Source: Candidatus Planktophila sp. (GTDB taxonomy: Bacteria > Actinomycetota > Actinomycetes > Nanopelagicales > Nanopelagicaceae). Taken from it: a stretch of 64,000 bases of DNA. The notes below the pieces were generated by a model that searched no databases, was not told the origin of the DNA, and worked only from the letters and a program-made list of their open reading frames with translations. The stretch's first letter is position 1. Every line of letters begins with the position of its first letter. Of this stretch, positions 22,941 to 33,611 are shown one piece after another. Location of the stretch: positions 2,073 through 66,072 of the forward strand of contig CAXNLR010000004.1 of the NCBI GenBank assembly GCA_964203475.1. The letters run 5' to 3'. Both the position numbers and the translations under genes were made by a program.

Positions 22941-24507
22941 AGGTAAGTGACTCCACAATCTTCTTGAGATTATCTGCGTTTGACTCACGATCAGGTACAT
23001 CGCACACAACAACACTCACGCCAGATATTGGTGCCTTGATCTCTGCTTCTAACTCTTTAAGAGAACCTATTTGTTTAGCATCAATACCCATCGCTTGAGC
23101 TATTGCTGCTGGGTTTAATCCGTGGGGTGTTCCAAAGACGGTTTCAAAACCATTCACACCCCGTTGTGGAAGGGTGGAAAAGATCCCGCCGCCATCATTG
23201 TTAATCACAATAAAGCGGCAGTTAATTGCTTCTTTATTTACTAGCCCAGTTAAATCATGCAAGAAAGAAAGGTCCCCCAGCACAGCAATCGTGGCTTTAT
23301 GGCCATAGGCAACACCCAGTGCTGTTGAGATGTTCCCATCAATGCCTGCTAATCCTCGGTTTGCATATGTGTGAACACCGCTTCTAGGGTGGGCAAAACC
23401 TTCAAGATCTCGAATTGGCCGTGAGGAAGAAACAAATAGCGCGGTGTCATTAGGAATTGTTGCCGCGATTGTGCGCGCAATGACCGCCTCATTCCACCCA
23501 TCTAATGAACTAATGAGTTTTTGTGCCCGCTCTGAAACTTTGCTCCACTTTGCAATCCATTCATCAGAGTGGATAACGCCTTGGAGATCTGGCAATTCTG
23601 TAAATTTACGATCTGCCTGACGGTCAGAGTCCACGGTTGCAAGTCGTTGATCTACAACATAGGTAATTGGGCTTGACTTAATAAAAGCGTTAATCGATCG
23701 TGACAGTGTCGTGCGTCCTATAACGAGCACAGATTGTGGGATGAGCGTGCTTCGGATTTCAGGAGAAGCTAAAAAGATAGATGCATGTGCCATGGCATCT
23801 GGGAATGACAATGGGTCTTCAGCGATTACTGGCCAACCTAAGACCTTTGTGAACTGTGTGATTTCTTCAACTGTTAAACCACCACGATCATGTCCGATTA
23901 CAACGACACCTCGAGCACCAACTAAGCGAAGCGTGCCGGGCTTAGTACGAGCAACAAACTCTTTTGGTGCGATATTAATCTGTGAAAGCCAATCAGAAGA
24001 ATCATCTGATAACAAAGGTTCATCAAACTGCAAATTCAAATGAATTGGTCCAGTGCGCAAGCTATCTAGTGGTAATTCCATTGGATAAACAGGACCATCA
24101 ATATCAGCAAAGTAACGGACTGCCTTCCCAAAAATACGTGCCTGCTCAGTTGTTTGATTTGCACCAGTCTTACGCAACATTGCTGGGCGATCTGCCGTTA
24201 AAACCATAAGCGGTAAGTTTGTGTGGCTAGCCTCAAGTACTGCTGGGTGGTAATTAGCAACAGCTGTTCCGCTAGTACACACAATTGGTACTGGTCGGCC
24301 AGTTGATTTGATTATTCCTAATGCAAAAAATGCTGCTGTTCGCTCATCGATTCGCACATGAATCTTTATTAGTCCCTCTTGTGAGGCTTCAAAAAATGCC
24401 AAAGACAAAGGGGCATTCCGGGATCCAGGTGAAATTACTACATCGGTAATTCCTGCTTCAATAATTTGGCGAACTACTACACGCGCCAGCGAGGTGGAGT
24501 TATTCAC
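22933..24507 (-). CDS. menD: SEPHCHC synthase MenD
   Basis: SPGSRNAPL, IDERTAAFFALG, CTSGTA, NRGLAGIDG, GDLSFLHD, NNDGGGIF; GTG start overlaps menC stop. Confidence 0.95.
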   Translation of the reverse strand: MNNSTSLARVVVRQIIEAGITDVVISPGSRNAPLSLAFFEASQEGLIKIHVRIDERTAAFFALGIIKSTGRPVPIVCTSGTAVANYHPAVLEASHTNLPLMVLTADRPAMLRKTGANQTTEQARIFGKAVRYFADIDGPVYPMELPLDSLRTGPIHLNLQFDEPLLSDDSSDWLSQINIAPKEFVARTKPGTLRLVGARGVVVIGHDRGGLTVEEITQFTKVLGWPVIAEDPLSFPDAMAHASIFLASPEIRSTLIPQSVLVIGRTTLSRSINAFIKSSPITYVVDQRLATVDSDRQADRKFTELPDLQGVIHSDEWIAKWSKVSERAQKLISSLDGWNEAVIARTIAATIPNDTALFVSSSRPIRDLEGFAHPRSGVHTYANRGLAGIDGNISTALGVAYGHKATIAVLGDLSFLHDLTGLVNKEAINCRFIVINNDGGGIFSTLPQRGVNGFETVFGTPHGLNPAAIAQAMGIDAKQIGSLKELEAEIKAPISGVSVVVCDVPDRESNADNLKKIVESLTSI

Positions 24508-25427
24508 TTCAGTAGCTCCGATGTCCTCATGATGCGATTCTTCCACCATTCATAACGATCTGCACTGACATCTAAGCCTTCAAAATTAGGAACCACATCA
24601 CTTATCTGGATTTTTCCATCAACTATCGGCAAATCAGCAACATTCTTTGCCAGAAGTGAGCCTGTGCCAAGGCCACAATCAAAGTTCATCTCTTCAAATG
24701 AAGCAGCCAAGGTAAGTCCGTAGTTAATTCCAACTGCACTTTCTAGCGCACTTGAAACTACGACAGGTAATTTGTGATGTTCTGCAAGTTGATGCGCGCG
24801 CTTGATGCCACCGAGTGGCTGAACTTTTAGCATCAAGTAATCAACGGCACCTGTTAGTTCGATTGCAAATGGATCTTTTGCTTTTCGCAGTACTTCATCA
24901 CCTACGACTTTGACTTCGATTCTCTTCTTTAGCTCGCGCAACTCGTCAATGGTTGCACACGGCTGCTCGATATATTCAATGTCTCCCACTAATTCCAACA
25001 ATGAAACCGCTTGGTCAACGCTCAATAAACCATTCGCATCAATGCGAAACTCGGCATTTGGTCGTAAAGCTCTAAGTGCTTTAATACGAGCAATATCTTC
25101 TTCGGCATTAGTTCCTACCTTTACTTTAAAGGTTGTAACACCGGGAAAAGAGTTCACTATGTTTTCTAATTCTGCTTTGTCGTTTAGGGCAGGGATTGTT
25201 CCGTTAACAGAAACCTCGGTGCGATATAGCTTTGGTTTTGGCTGGGTTGCAGCCTCTATTGCACACGCTAACCATGGGGCAGACTCAGCATCGTCATACT
25301 CAAGAAATGGCGAGAACTCCCCCCAGCCATATTCACCTTGAATTAAAGCAACTTCACGAACAGTAACGCCGCGAAATTTAGTTTTCATTGGCAGCGCAAC
25401 TACACGCAAGGAGTCAATTAGATCCAT
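24504..25427 (-). CDS. menC: o-succinylbenzoate synthase
   Basis: GWGEFSPF, KVKV, RIDANG, YIEQP, LKVQPLGG, CGLGT. Confidence 0.93.
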   Translation of the reverse strand: MDLIDSLRVVALPMKTKFRGVTVREVALIQGEYGWGEFSPFLEYDDAESAPWLACAIEAATQPKPKLYRTEVSVNGTIPALNDKAELENIVNSFPGVTTFKVKVGTNAEEDIARIKALRALRPNAEFRIDANGLLSVDQAVSLLELVGDIEYIEQPCATIDELRELKKRIEVKVVGDEVLRKAKDPFAIELTGAVDYLMLKVQPLGGIKRAHQLAEHHKLPVVVSSALESAVGINYGLTLAASFEEMNFDCGLGTGSLLAKNVADLPIVDGKIQISDVVPNFEGLDVSADRYEWWKNRIMRTSELLK

Positions 25428-25430
25428 GGA

Positions 25431-26309
25431 TTATGGGCGCTTTGGAAACTTTCCAAAATCAGGTGCGCGCTTTTCTTTATAAGCATCCCGACCTTCTTGG
25501 CCTTCTTCTGTCATGTAAAACAACAAGGTTGCATCTCCTGCAAGTTGCTGCACGCCTGCAAGTCCATCAGTTGCAGCGTTCAAACTTGCCTTTAGCAAAC
25601 GAAGTGCCATTGGAGAGTTGCGCAGCATTTCTCGACACCATGAAACGGTTTCAGCTTCTAGTTCCGCAATTGGCACAACAGTATTGACAAGTCCCATGTT
25701 CAAGGCTTCTTGTGCGTTGTATTCGCGCGTCATAAACCAAATCTCGCGTGCCTTCTTTTGGCCAACATGTGCTGCTAATAATCCAGCGCCATATCCACCA
25801 TCAAAAGATCCAACCATTGGTCCAGTCTGACCAAACTTTGCATTGTCAGCAGCAATTGTTAAATCACAGACAACATGTAAAACGTGTCCGCCACCGATTG
25901 CCCAACCAGCAACCATTGCAACAATTGGTTTTGGTGTGCGACGAATCTGAACCTGAAGATCTAGAACATTTAGGCGACCGATACCCTTTTTAGCTAATTT
26001 GTCATCGCCGAGGTAACCATCATCACCCCGGACGCTTATGTCTCCGCCAGAACAAAAGGCCTCAGTGCCTTCGCCAGTAAAGATAATGACACCGACTTCT
26101 TCATTGTCACGCGCTAAATCAAAAGCTTCGATTAATTCAATAATTGTTTGAGGACGAAATGCATTACGAACCTGCGGGCGGTTGATCGTAATCTTGGCGA
26201 TGCCATCGCCCATTTGATATTTGATATCTACAAAGTCTTCTCCGCCGGGTGCTGTGACCCATTGTGGAATCTCTCGACTACCAAATTCGCGCTTGATCGG
26301 CTTGCTCAC
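25431..26309 (-). CDS. menB: 1,4-dihydroxy-2-naphthoyl-CoA synthase
   Basis: [38 protein letters not shown]. Confidence 0.97.
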   Translation of the reverse strand: MSKPIKREFGSREIPQWVTAPGGEDFVDIKYQMGDGIAKITINRPQVRNAFRPQTIIELIEAFDLARDNEEVGVIIFTGEGTEAFCSGGDISVRGDDGYLGDDKLAKKGIGRLNVLDLQVQIRRTPKPIVAMVAGWAIGGGHVLHVVCDLTIAADNAKFGQTGPMVGSFDGGYGAGLLAAHVGQKKAREIWFMTREYNAQEALNMGLVNTVVPIAELEAETVSWCREMLRNSPMALRLLKASLNAATDGLAGVQQLAGDATLLFYMTEEGQEGRDAYKEKRAPDFGKFPKRP

Positions 26310-26344
26310 ATTTCCTCCATCGTCGTTGCTAGCGATAGCCTACG

Positions 26345-27403
26345 GTGGCAATGGATACCTCGTCACAACGAAAAATTCTGCGGGTCAGCCCTGCATGCGA
26401 AATCTCCGATCTAGCGAGAGAAATCACAGCAGCGCTCGTGGGTGATGGCCCCACCCTTGGTTTCGGAGCGATCACATCTGAATACGCTCCAAGCAATGCC
26501 GCCGTTGCGATCGGAACATCAGGGACAACTGGCTCATCCAAAGAAGTTTTGCTGACTTCAACTGCGCTCATTTCATCTGCGCGAGCTTCTAATAAATTTA
26601 TTGGCGCACAACCTGGCAACACCTGGTCACTTTTACTTCCACTAACTCACATCGCTGCGGTGAATGTTGTTGTGCGCTCAATGGAACTTGGAACGACTCC
26701 AATTGATCTGCGTGATCTTGATGGTGAGTATCCAAAAGCAGATTTCACCGCAATAGTTCCAACACAATTATTCCGTGCTTTAAATGGTGATCAACGATTA
26801 CTTAACCACCTTAAATCTGCAAAAGGAGTTTTAGTAGGTGGAGCTGCGCTATCGCAATCATTGCGCAATCAAGCCGAGCTAGCAGGAGTTAAGGTCATCA
26901 CAACATATGGAATGACCGAGACATGCGGTGGATGTGTCTACGACGGAACGCCACTTGATGGTGTTGAGATCGAAATTCGAAATGGCAGAATTTGTATTAA
27001 AGGTGCAGTTCTTGCATCTTCGATTGAAATTAATGATGGCTGGTATGAAACAAATGACTTGGGTGAATACGACAATGATCACCTAGTTGTTATTGGAAGA
27101 TCAGACGATGTCATTATCTCTGGTGGCGAAAATCTTTCACTCAACGCTGTTGAAAATTCACTCAGCCTTGCCTTTCCAGATATCCAATTTGCAGCCTTTG
27201 CCACCGAAGATCCTCAGTGGGGACAAACTTTGCAACTTGCTGTCGTTGGAACCATAAGTGAAGATCAAATTGCAACCCACCTTGAAAAAGAACTTGGAGC
27301 TTTTGCAAAACCAAAAGGCGTGCATCACATGACATCGTTACCATTGCTAGGTATTGGCAAGATCGATCGAAAGAGTTTGGCGAAAGGTATTGCACATGAA
27401 TAA
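26345..27403 (+). CDS. menE: o-succinylbenzoate-CoA ligase (short form)
   Basis: TSGTTG, TYGMTET, GRSDDVIISGGEN, GKIDR; men cluster context. Confidence 0.88.
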   Translation: MAMDTSSQRKILRVSPACEISDLAREITAALVGDGPTLGFGAITSEYAPSNAAVAIGTSGTTGSSKEVLLTSTALISSARASNKFIGAQPGNTWSLLLPLTHIAAVNVVVRSMELGTTPIDLRDLDGEYPKADFTAIVPTQLFRALNGDQRLLNHLKSAKGVLVGGAALSQSLRNQAELAGVKVITTYGMTETCGGCVYDGTPLDGVEIEIRNGRICIKGAVLASSIEINDGWYETNDLGEYDNDHLVVIGRSDDVIISGGENLSLNAVENSLSLAFPDIQFAAFATEDPQWGQTLQLAVVGTISEDQIATHLEKELGAFAKPKGVHHMTSLPLLGIGKIDRKSLAKGIAHE

Positions 27404-28244
27404 GTGGGTGCTCGGTGCCCGTCCCCGAACTCTGCCTGCGGCAATTGCACCAGTAGTAGTTGCATCTGCATTAGCAGGGCCAGATTTCAATTGGTTTCGT
27501 GCTGCTTTAGCGCTCAAGGTTGGTGTGTGGCTGCAGATCGGCGTCAACTACGCAAACGATTACAGCGATGGCGTTAAGGGAACAGATGAGAACAGAATTG
27601 GCCCAATTCGATTAGTTGCCAGTGGGTTGGCATCAGCCAAAGCTGTGAAGAACGCTGCATTTATTTCTTTTGCAATTGCAAGTGTTGCAGGCCTTTGGTT
27701 ATCTCTGCTTACATCGCCAGTACTAATCCTGATTGGAATTCTGGCAATTGCTGCAGCATGGGGATATACCGGCGGTAAGAATCCATATGGCTACAGCGGT
27801 CTAGGTGAAGTTTCAGTCTTCACTTTCTTTGGTTTAGTTGCGACTATGGGTACGTACTATGCGCAAACAGGAAAGATCACTGCCCTGAGTTTCATTGTCG
27901 CAATCCCAATGGGTGCACTCTCATGTGCAATCTTGGAGATAAACAATATTCGTGATCGCCCTCAAGATGAATTAGTTGGAAAGAGAACTCTTGCTGTCCG
28001 CCTTGGTGATGTGAAAGCCCGCCGAGGATTCGTCTCACTCTTAGTCTTGGCCCATGTGGCAGCAGTAGCCACCTTGATTCCAACTGCACTACTTACTTTG
28101 CTGGTTGCGCCTATGAGTTACTCAATTTCAAAGTTAGTTCTCAGCGGTGTTTCTGGAAAAGACTTAATTCCCCTTCTGGGGCGAACTGGCAAGCTTCAAC
28201 TTATGTTTGCCATAGTTTTTGCCCTGGCCTTAGCGATACAATAA
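27396..28244 (+). CDS. menA: 1,4-dihydroxy-2-naphthoate polyprenyltransferase
   Basis: GARPRTLPAA, NYANDYSDG..GTD, NNIRD..D..GKRTLAVRLG. Confidence 0.95.
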   Translation: MNKWVLGARPRTLPAAIAPVVVASALAGPDFNWFRAALALKVGVWLQIGVNYANDYSDGVKGTDENRIGPIRLVASGLASAKAVKNAAFISFAIASVAGLWLSLLTSPVLILIGILAIAAAWGYTGGKNPYGYSGLGEVSVFTFFGLVATMGTYYAQTGKITALSFIVAIPMGALSCAILEINNIRDRPQDELVGKRTLAVRLGDVKARRGFVSLLVLAHVAAVATLIPTALLTLLVAPMSYSISKLVLSGVSGKDLIPLLGRTGKLQLMFAIVFALALAIQ

Positions 28245-28248
28245 ATTC

Positions 28249-28512
28249 ATGTTAAGGATTCTTCCTCTCATCTTGGTCTTTGGGTTAACAATTTATGCGT
28301 TAATCGATTGTGCACGAACTGATGAATCCCAAATCAAAACTCTTCCAAAATGGGGTTGGCTTCTACTAATTATTATTCTTGGACCACAGGCACTTGCAAT
28401 TGGTCCCATTGCATATTTAATTGCTGGAAGAAACAAACCAAAAGGACGTAAGGCACCTAAGCGACGCATATTGCCACCTGATGATGATCCAGATTTCTTG
28501 GGAAAGCTTTAA
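28249..28512 (+). CDS. Small membrane protein, PLDc N-terminal domain family
   Basis: YALIDC..LPKWGW..G..AYL..GR and C-terminal PDDDPDFL; TACAAT 6 nt upstream. Confidence 0.85.
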   Translation: MLRILPLILVFGLTIYALIDCARTDESQIKTLPKWGWLLLIIILGPQALAIGPIAYLIAGRNKPKGRKAPKRRILPPDDDPDFLGKL

Positions 28513-29399
28513 AGACCTGAGTAGGTGTGCTTTCCAGTTCCCCAGATATTGACGTATACATAGTTAAACAAGAATGTAGATCCTGCAAATAAACATAACC
28601 ACGCAGCTCTACGTCCACGCCATCCGATAGTCACGCGAGCATGTAAATACGCTGCATACGCAACCCAAGTAATAAATGCCCAGGTCTCTTTTGGATCCCA
28701 ACCCCAGTAACGACCCCACGCACTTTCTGCCCAGATCGCTCCTGCAATAACTGAAAAAGTCCACAGCGGAAATACAAATGCAACTAGTCGATACGAGAGT
28801 TGGTCAAGAACTTCTAATGAAGGCAGTCGCTTAGCCCAGGCTGTTCGCTCACCCTTTGTTTCCATTTTATCAAGAAACAAATAAGCAGCTGCAATAACGT
28901 TTGCGAGCAAGAACACGCCACCTGAAATAATTGCTGTCGAAACGTGAATTACTAACCAAGGAGATTTTAACGCCGGAACTAATGGCGCACTTGGTACATA
29001 CAAGACAGTCACAGCAGTTCCCAGAGTTAGCAAAACAGAGATTGAAACAAGCAAACCTAACCAACGAAGATCATATTTACGTAACGCTCCAAGATATGCA
29101 CCCGTAAAAGCAAGAGCACCTGTAATTGAGAACTCATACATGTTTCCCCATGGCACACGACCAGCTGAAACTCCACGAGTAATCACACCTGCTAATAACA
29201 ATATAAAACCTAAAATCATCATTGCCGTAGCGATGCGAGCAACCTTTTCAGTGCGCTTGTAATCATGAGTCTTTGTTGTTTCACTCGGAACTTTTACCGC
29301 CCACGCTGTTTCCACTGCATGAGCTAAGAATGACAAGGTGTAAACAGCCATGGCGGAGTAAATGAAATAGTTTGAAGCAAAAGCCCACGAACGTGACAT
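28509..29399 (-). CDS. ccsB: Cytochrome c biogenesis protein CcsB/ResC (system II)
   Basis: WWD domain GAIWAESAWGRYWGWDPKETW; PWGNMYEF. Confidence 0.93.
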   Translation of the reverse strand: MSRSWAFASNYFIYSAMAVYTLSFLAHAVETAWAVKVPSETTKTHDYKRTEKVARIATAMMILGFILLLAGVITRGVSAGRVPWGNMYEFSITGALAFTGAYLGALRKYDLRWLGLLVSISVLLTLGTAVTVLYVPSAPLVPALKSPWLVIHVSTAIISGGVFLLANVIAAAYLFLDKMETKGERTAWAKRLPSLEVLDQLSYRLVAFVFPLWTFSVIAGAIWAESAWGRYWGWDPKETWAFITWVAYAAYLHARVTIGWRGRRAAWLCLFAGSTFLFNYVYVNIWGTGKHTYSGL

Positions 29400-30872
29400 C
29401 TATTTCTCTCCCTTTAGCATCCGAACAAACTGTTCCATTTCAACATCTAGTCCTGGTGCGCCATTTTTGGCCAGTCCAGCAACTTCTACCTGTGATCCGA
29501 CTCGAATCCAAATACGTCGTCTGCGCGTAAATAGTGAAGCGAGTAATCCAAGGATGGCAACGATACCGCCCAACAATGCCAAATGCTTTCCGGGATCTGC
29601 CACGAAGTTAAGATTGACCCATTGGATATAGCCTTCAAATGTGATTGATCCGCCTGGGTATTCAAAGATTTCTCCTGGCTTTAAAGACTTAAGACCGACT
29701 TGCAGCATCTTTGAGGTATCTATTCTGTATACAGATTGCGGAACGCCTGAATCCAGCCCTAGATCTCCCGCCCATGCTGCCAACAACAAACGCGGATCTA
29801 GCGCTTTAGGAAATGCGCTCATTGCGCCACCACCGTTGGCATCACGAACATATGTAGGAACAAAAGATCCAACAAAACCGATCTGTGGATCTGCATCTGG
29901 AACTTTGATCGCCCCAATTGAACGAAGATTTGCATCCTGCGGCAAGAACGGCACAGGACCTTGGAAGGCAACATTCCCCTTGGAATCTCTCACAGTAACA
30001 ACAGGTGAATAACCATTAGCTTGCAAGTAAATTCTCGTACTGCCGATAGTCATTGGGCTGTTTACTTTAATAACTTTCTTTTCGATAACTGTTTTGCCAT
30101 CTCGCAACAATGAAACATTTAATGTGTAATCTTCGGGCGCACTAGTTTCAAGGTTGTACTGTGCATCGAATTTATCTGCAGTCAACATAAATGCAGGCAG
30201 ATTTGCATCTTTGTACAACTTCCCATAATTCAAGGTGTCATAACTTGTTGGCGTGTTAACAAATCTTTCACCAACATTAATGATTGCTTCACCGCGCATG
30301 CCAAAGAGCGAACTAAAGCTAATTCCTAGCAAAACAAGGATGAGAGCCAAGTGGAAAAATAGGTTTCCGGTCTCGCGGGTGAAACCCTTTTCTGCAGAAA
30401 TAGATCCATCTTTTTCTAAGGTTCTAAAGTGCTTGGACTTAAACCAGGCTCGCGCCAAATCTAATTCGGTGCCATTAGCTGTCCATGTTGAATGATGTTC
30501 CATGCGCGAGAGGTTTTTGGGGGTTGCCGGCGGATAAGCCCGTGCGGCATGAAAATGCTCAATTGTTCGCGGCAATACGCAGCCAATTAAAGAGATGAAT
30601 AAAAGGATGTAAATAGCGCTAAACCACGGTGATCCGTAAACATCAAAGAGATAAACGCGATCCATCCACTTGGCTAATTCGGGTGAATCCTTGAAGTATT
30701 GGCCGACCTGTATTGGGTTTTGCGTGCGTTGCGGAACTAAAGAACCAGGAATGGATGCGACTCCAAGCATCAGCAGCAGAATTAGTGCTGTGCGCATGCT
30801 GGTTAATTGGCGCCACGTATAACGCAAAAGACCAACGCTATCTAGCTCTGGTAACTCTGTCTGTTGGCTCAT
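29400..30872 (-). CDS. resB: Cytochrome c biogenesis protein ResB
   Basis: LTSMRTAL, PGSLVPQ, SLIGCVLPR, GNLFFH, VNSP. Confidence 0.93.
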   Translation of the reverse strand: MSQQTELPELDSVGLLRYTWRQLTSMRTALILLLMLGVASIPGSLVPQRTQNPIQVGQYFKDSPELAKWMDRVYLFDVYGSPWFSAIYILLFISLIGCVLPRTIEHFHAARAYPPATPKNLSRMEHHSTWTANGTELDLARAWFKSKHFRTLEKDGSISAEKGFTRETGNLFFHLALILVLLGISFSSLFGMRGEAIINVGERFVNTPTSYDTLNYGKLYKDANLPAFMLTADKFDAQYNLETSAPEDYTLNVSLLRDGKTVIEKKVIKVNSPMTIGSTRIYLQANGYSPVVTVRDSKGNVAFQGPVPFLPQDANLRSIGAIKVPDADPQIGFVGSFVPTYVRDANGGGAMSAFPKALDPRLLLAAWAGDLGLDSGVPQSVYRIDTSKMLQVGLKSLKPGEIFEYPGGSITFEGYIQWVNLNFVADPGKHLALLGGIVAILGLLASLFTRRRRIWIRVGSQVEVAGLAKNGAPGLDVEMEQFVRMLKGEK

Positions 30873-31597
30873 TAAATCACCGGAATGAACTCAGAAATTA
30901 GGGAACGCATTGAATTCAATATTTGGCTCCAGAAACCCAGAACTTGAAGTACTCCGATTGCAATCAAGAAGATTCCACCGATTTTGGAAATAACATCCCC
31001 GCGACGATAAATAAGTGAACGTAATTTGGCAGACTTATCAAGAGACAAACCTGAAAGAATAAAAGGCAGACCTAGCCCTAGGCAGTATCCGAAGGAAAGT
31101 ATTGCCCCGCGCACCGCACTTGATTCTTGGAATGCAAGTGTCTGGACTGCTGCTAAGGCTGGTCCAATACAAGGTGTCCAGCCAATACCAAACAACACTC
31201 CAAGTAGTGGTGCTCCTAGCAAACCACCTGTTGTTCGCATCTTTGGTCGAATTGTTGGTGAAAATGGAAAGCGACCATAGAAAATGAAACCTAAAAAGAT
31301 TGTAATTACGCCAAGAATTCTAGAAATGATCTCTTCGTTGGCTGAGAGTTGATTCCCCAAACCACCAAACAACGCACCGTATGAAACAAAAACCGCGCTA
31401 AAGCCTAGAACAAATAAGAGCGAGCCTAGAAATACTTTGCCACGGCTAACTGAAAACCCTGCTGCAAATGAAAGATAGCCGGGCACCAGTGGCAAAACGC
31501 ATGGCGATAAGAAAGAAATAATGCCAGCGATAAATGCGAAGGGGAATGCGGCAACAAGAACACCTGAAAAGATTTGCTCTACAAAGAACTCTTTCAT
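30872..31597 (-). CDS. ccdA: Cytochrome c biogenesis protein CcdA
   Basis: SFLSPCVLPLVPGY and GWTPCIGP. Confidence 0.95.
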   Translation of the reverse strand: MKEFFVEQIFSGVLVAAFPFAFIAGIISFLSPCVLPLVPGYLSFAAGFSVSRGKVFLGSLLFVLGFSAVFVSYGALFGGLGNQLSANEEIISRILGVITIFLGFIFYGRFPFSPTIRPKMRTTGGLLGAPLLGVLFGIGWTPCIGPALAAVQTLAFQESSAVRGAILSFGYCLGLGLPFILSGLSLDKSAKLRSLIYRRGDVISKIGGIFLIAIGVLQVLGFWSQILNSMRSLISEFIPVI

Positions 31598-32130
31598 TCG
31601 GCGCTGACCCTTTCAATTAATTGGGTTAGAGAAGCCACAGTTATTACCCCTGAAATACGTGCTGCTACACGTCCATTCTTATCAAGAATTACCGTTGATG
31701 GGATGGCATTTGCTGGCAATGAGCCCTTAAATCCAATCAAAATAGAATCATCAATAATTGTTGGGTACGGGACTTTAAATCTCCGCTCAAAAGCTTCCGC
31801 GTTTGCAGGATTGTCGCGGGTTAAAATTCCGATAAATGCAACGTCTGAGTATTTATTTGCCAAAGAAACAAGTATCGGTGCCTCAGCTCGACATGGTGAA
31901 CACCATGATGCCCAGACATTAACAACAGCTACCTTGTCCTTTGTGTATGTGTAGTTGGTTCCAGACAAAGTAAGTCCTGTGATTGCCGGAGCAATCTTTC
32001 TATCGTCAATCTTTATAAATGTTGTGGATCCATCGCCAGAAACAAAACTTTCCTCAGCCGAAGATGTTCCGCCGCCGCCACACCCGGTAAGTGCAATTGC
32101 CAATGCAATCAGGAGTGCAAATTTTTTCAT
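31594..32130 (-). CDS. TlpA/ResA family thiol-disulfide oxidoreductase lipoprotein
   Basis: Lipobox LTGC; NVWASWCSPCRAE. Confidence 0.92.
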   Translation of the reverse strand: MKKFALLIALAIALTGCGGGGTSSAEESFVSGDGSTTFIKIDDRKIAPAITGLTLSGTNYTYTKDKVAVVNVWASWCSPCRAEAPILVSLANKYSDVAFIGILTRDNPANAEAFERRFKVPYPTIIDDSILIGFKGSLPANAIPSTVILDKNGRVAARISGVITVASLTQLIERVSAE

Positions 32131-32753
32131 TACTTATTTTCAGGCAATAGGTGTCGTGCAGGCTCTGAATATGTCAATCCTGAAATAAAGCCTTCATCGT
32201 CAAAGTGCACACTGGTGACAGAGGCAAGGGTGCACTCGCGTTTGCGAGGATCATGCAACAGGCGACGGTTTTCTATTGCACTACGCAAGATCCAGATCGG
32301 CAACTGATGTGAAACACAAATTGCATCCTTACCGTTAGCGGCATCTCTAGCTGCAAATATTGCTGCAAGCATGCGATTGATTTGTTCATCGTATGGCTCA
32401 CCCCATGATGGCTTCCATGGATTCCACAAGTGTTTCCATGCTGCAGGATGACGCAATACGCCATCTCCCACACTAAATGGTTTTCCTTCAAAAATGTTTG
32501 CCGCTTCGATCAAGCGTTCATCAGTTGTAATTGAAATATTGTGAGCAGCTGCAATTGGCCCAGCAGTTTCTTGAGCACGCTGTAAGGGTGATACATGAAG
32601 CGCCCCTAAATCAAGAGTTTTGGACCACTCACCAAGCGTGCGTGCCATCTCTTGTCCACGATCAGACAATCTCCAACCAGGTTGGCGACCGTACAAAATC
32701 TTCTCAGGGTTATGGACTTCTCCATGGCGGACCACATGCACTGTTGAACTCAT
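32130..32753 (-). CDS. Histidine phosphatase family protein
   Basis: RHGE, SPLQRAQET, VSHQLPIW; ATG 32753 lies 6 nt after TATGCT. Confidence 0.92.
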   Translation of the reverse strand: MSSTVHVVRHGEVHNPEKILYGRQPGWRLSDRGQEMARTLGEWSKTLDLGALHVSPLQRAQETAGPIAAAHNISITTDERLIEAANIFEGKPFSVGDGVLRHPAAWKHLWNPWKPSWGEPYDEQINRMLAAIFAARDAANGKDAICVSHQLPIWILRSAIENRRLLHDPRKRECTLASVTSVHFDDEGFISGLTYSEPARHLLPENK

Positions 32754-32803
32754 TGGGAAAGCATAAAGCGTCCCGAAACCCCGTCTATCGCTAAGGTAGT
32801 GAC

Positions 32804-33565
32804 ATGGCACTCACGGGCAAGACAGCTGCCTTCTTTGATGTCGATAACACGCTTATCCGTGGCTCAACCATTTATTTCTTGGGGCGCGGGATGTATCAGC
32901 GTGGTTACTTCACCAAGAAGGACATTTCGCGTTTCGTTTTAGCCAACCTGAGATTTCGCTTAACGGGGAAAGAAAACAAAGAAGAGATCGCGCGTTTCCA
33001 AGACGCTGCCACAGATTTTATTGGCGGGCATAACGTCAAAGATATTGAAGCAATTGCTCAACAAATTTATGATGAGTTTGTTTCTCCTGCTATGTGGCAG
33101 GGAACTATTGATATCGCCCAGACACATATTGCAAATGGAGTCGAAGTTTATTTAGTGACCGCTGCACCAGAAGACATGGCAACATTAATTGCAAAGAGGT
33201 TAGGTTTAACCGGAGCACTTGGTAGTAAAGCTGAAATCAAAGATGGTCTTTATACCGGTAAAATGAATGGCGCCCTCCTGCATGGAAAAGAAAAGGCAGT
33301 TGCGATTCGAGAATTAGCAGAGAAAAAAGGATTCGATCTCGAGGACTGCTTTGCTTATTCAGATAGCAATAACGATTTACCTCTTTTGCAATGCGTTGGT
33401 CATCCATCTGCAATTAATCCAGATGCGCTACTTGGTTTGCGTGCAATGGCTGAGGGTTGGCCGATTCATGATTTCCGTCGCGCGCGCTTTATTGGCCGTG
33501 CGATATCGCCAATCGTTGTCCGAATTGCAGCTATTGGAACATGGTTGACCCCGCGTAAGCGATGA
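32804..33565 (+). CDS. HAD-IB family hydrolase (SerB-like)
   Basis: FFDVDNT, AYSDSNNDLPLL, INPD. Confidence 0.92.
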   Translation: MALTGKTAAFFDVDNTLIRGSTIYFLGRGMYQRGYFTKKDISRFVLANLRFRLTGKENKEEIARFQDAATDFIGGHNVKDIEAIAQQIYDEFVSPAMWQGTIDIAQTHIANGVEVYLVTAAPEDMATLIAKRLGLTGALGSKAEIKDGLYTGKMNGALLHGKEKAVAIRELAEKKGFDLEDCFAYSDSNNDLPLLQCVGHPSAINPDALLGLRAMAEGWPIHDFRRARFIGRAISPIVVRIAAIGTWLTPRKR

Positions 33566-33611
33566 AGTGAATTAACAAGAACAGCTGATTTGCCAGTAAT
33601 GTAGGCAAGTT

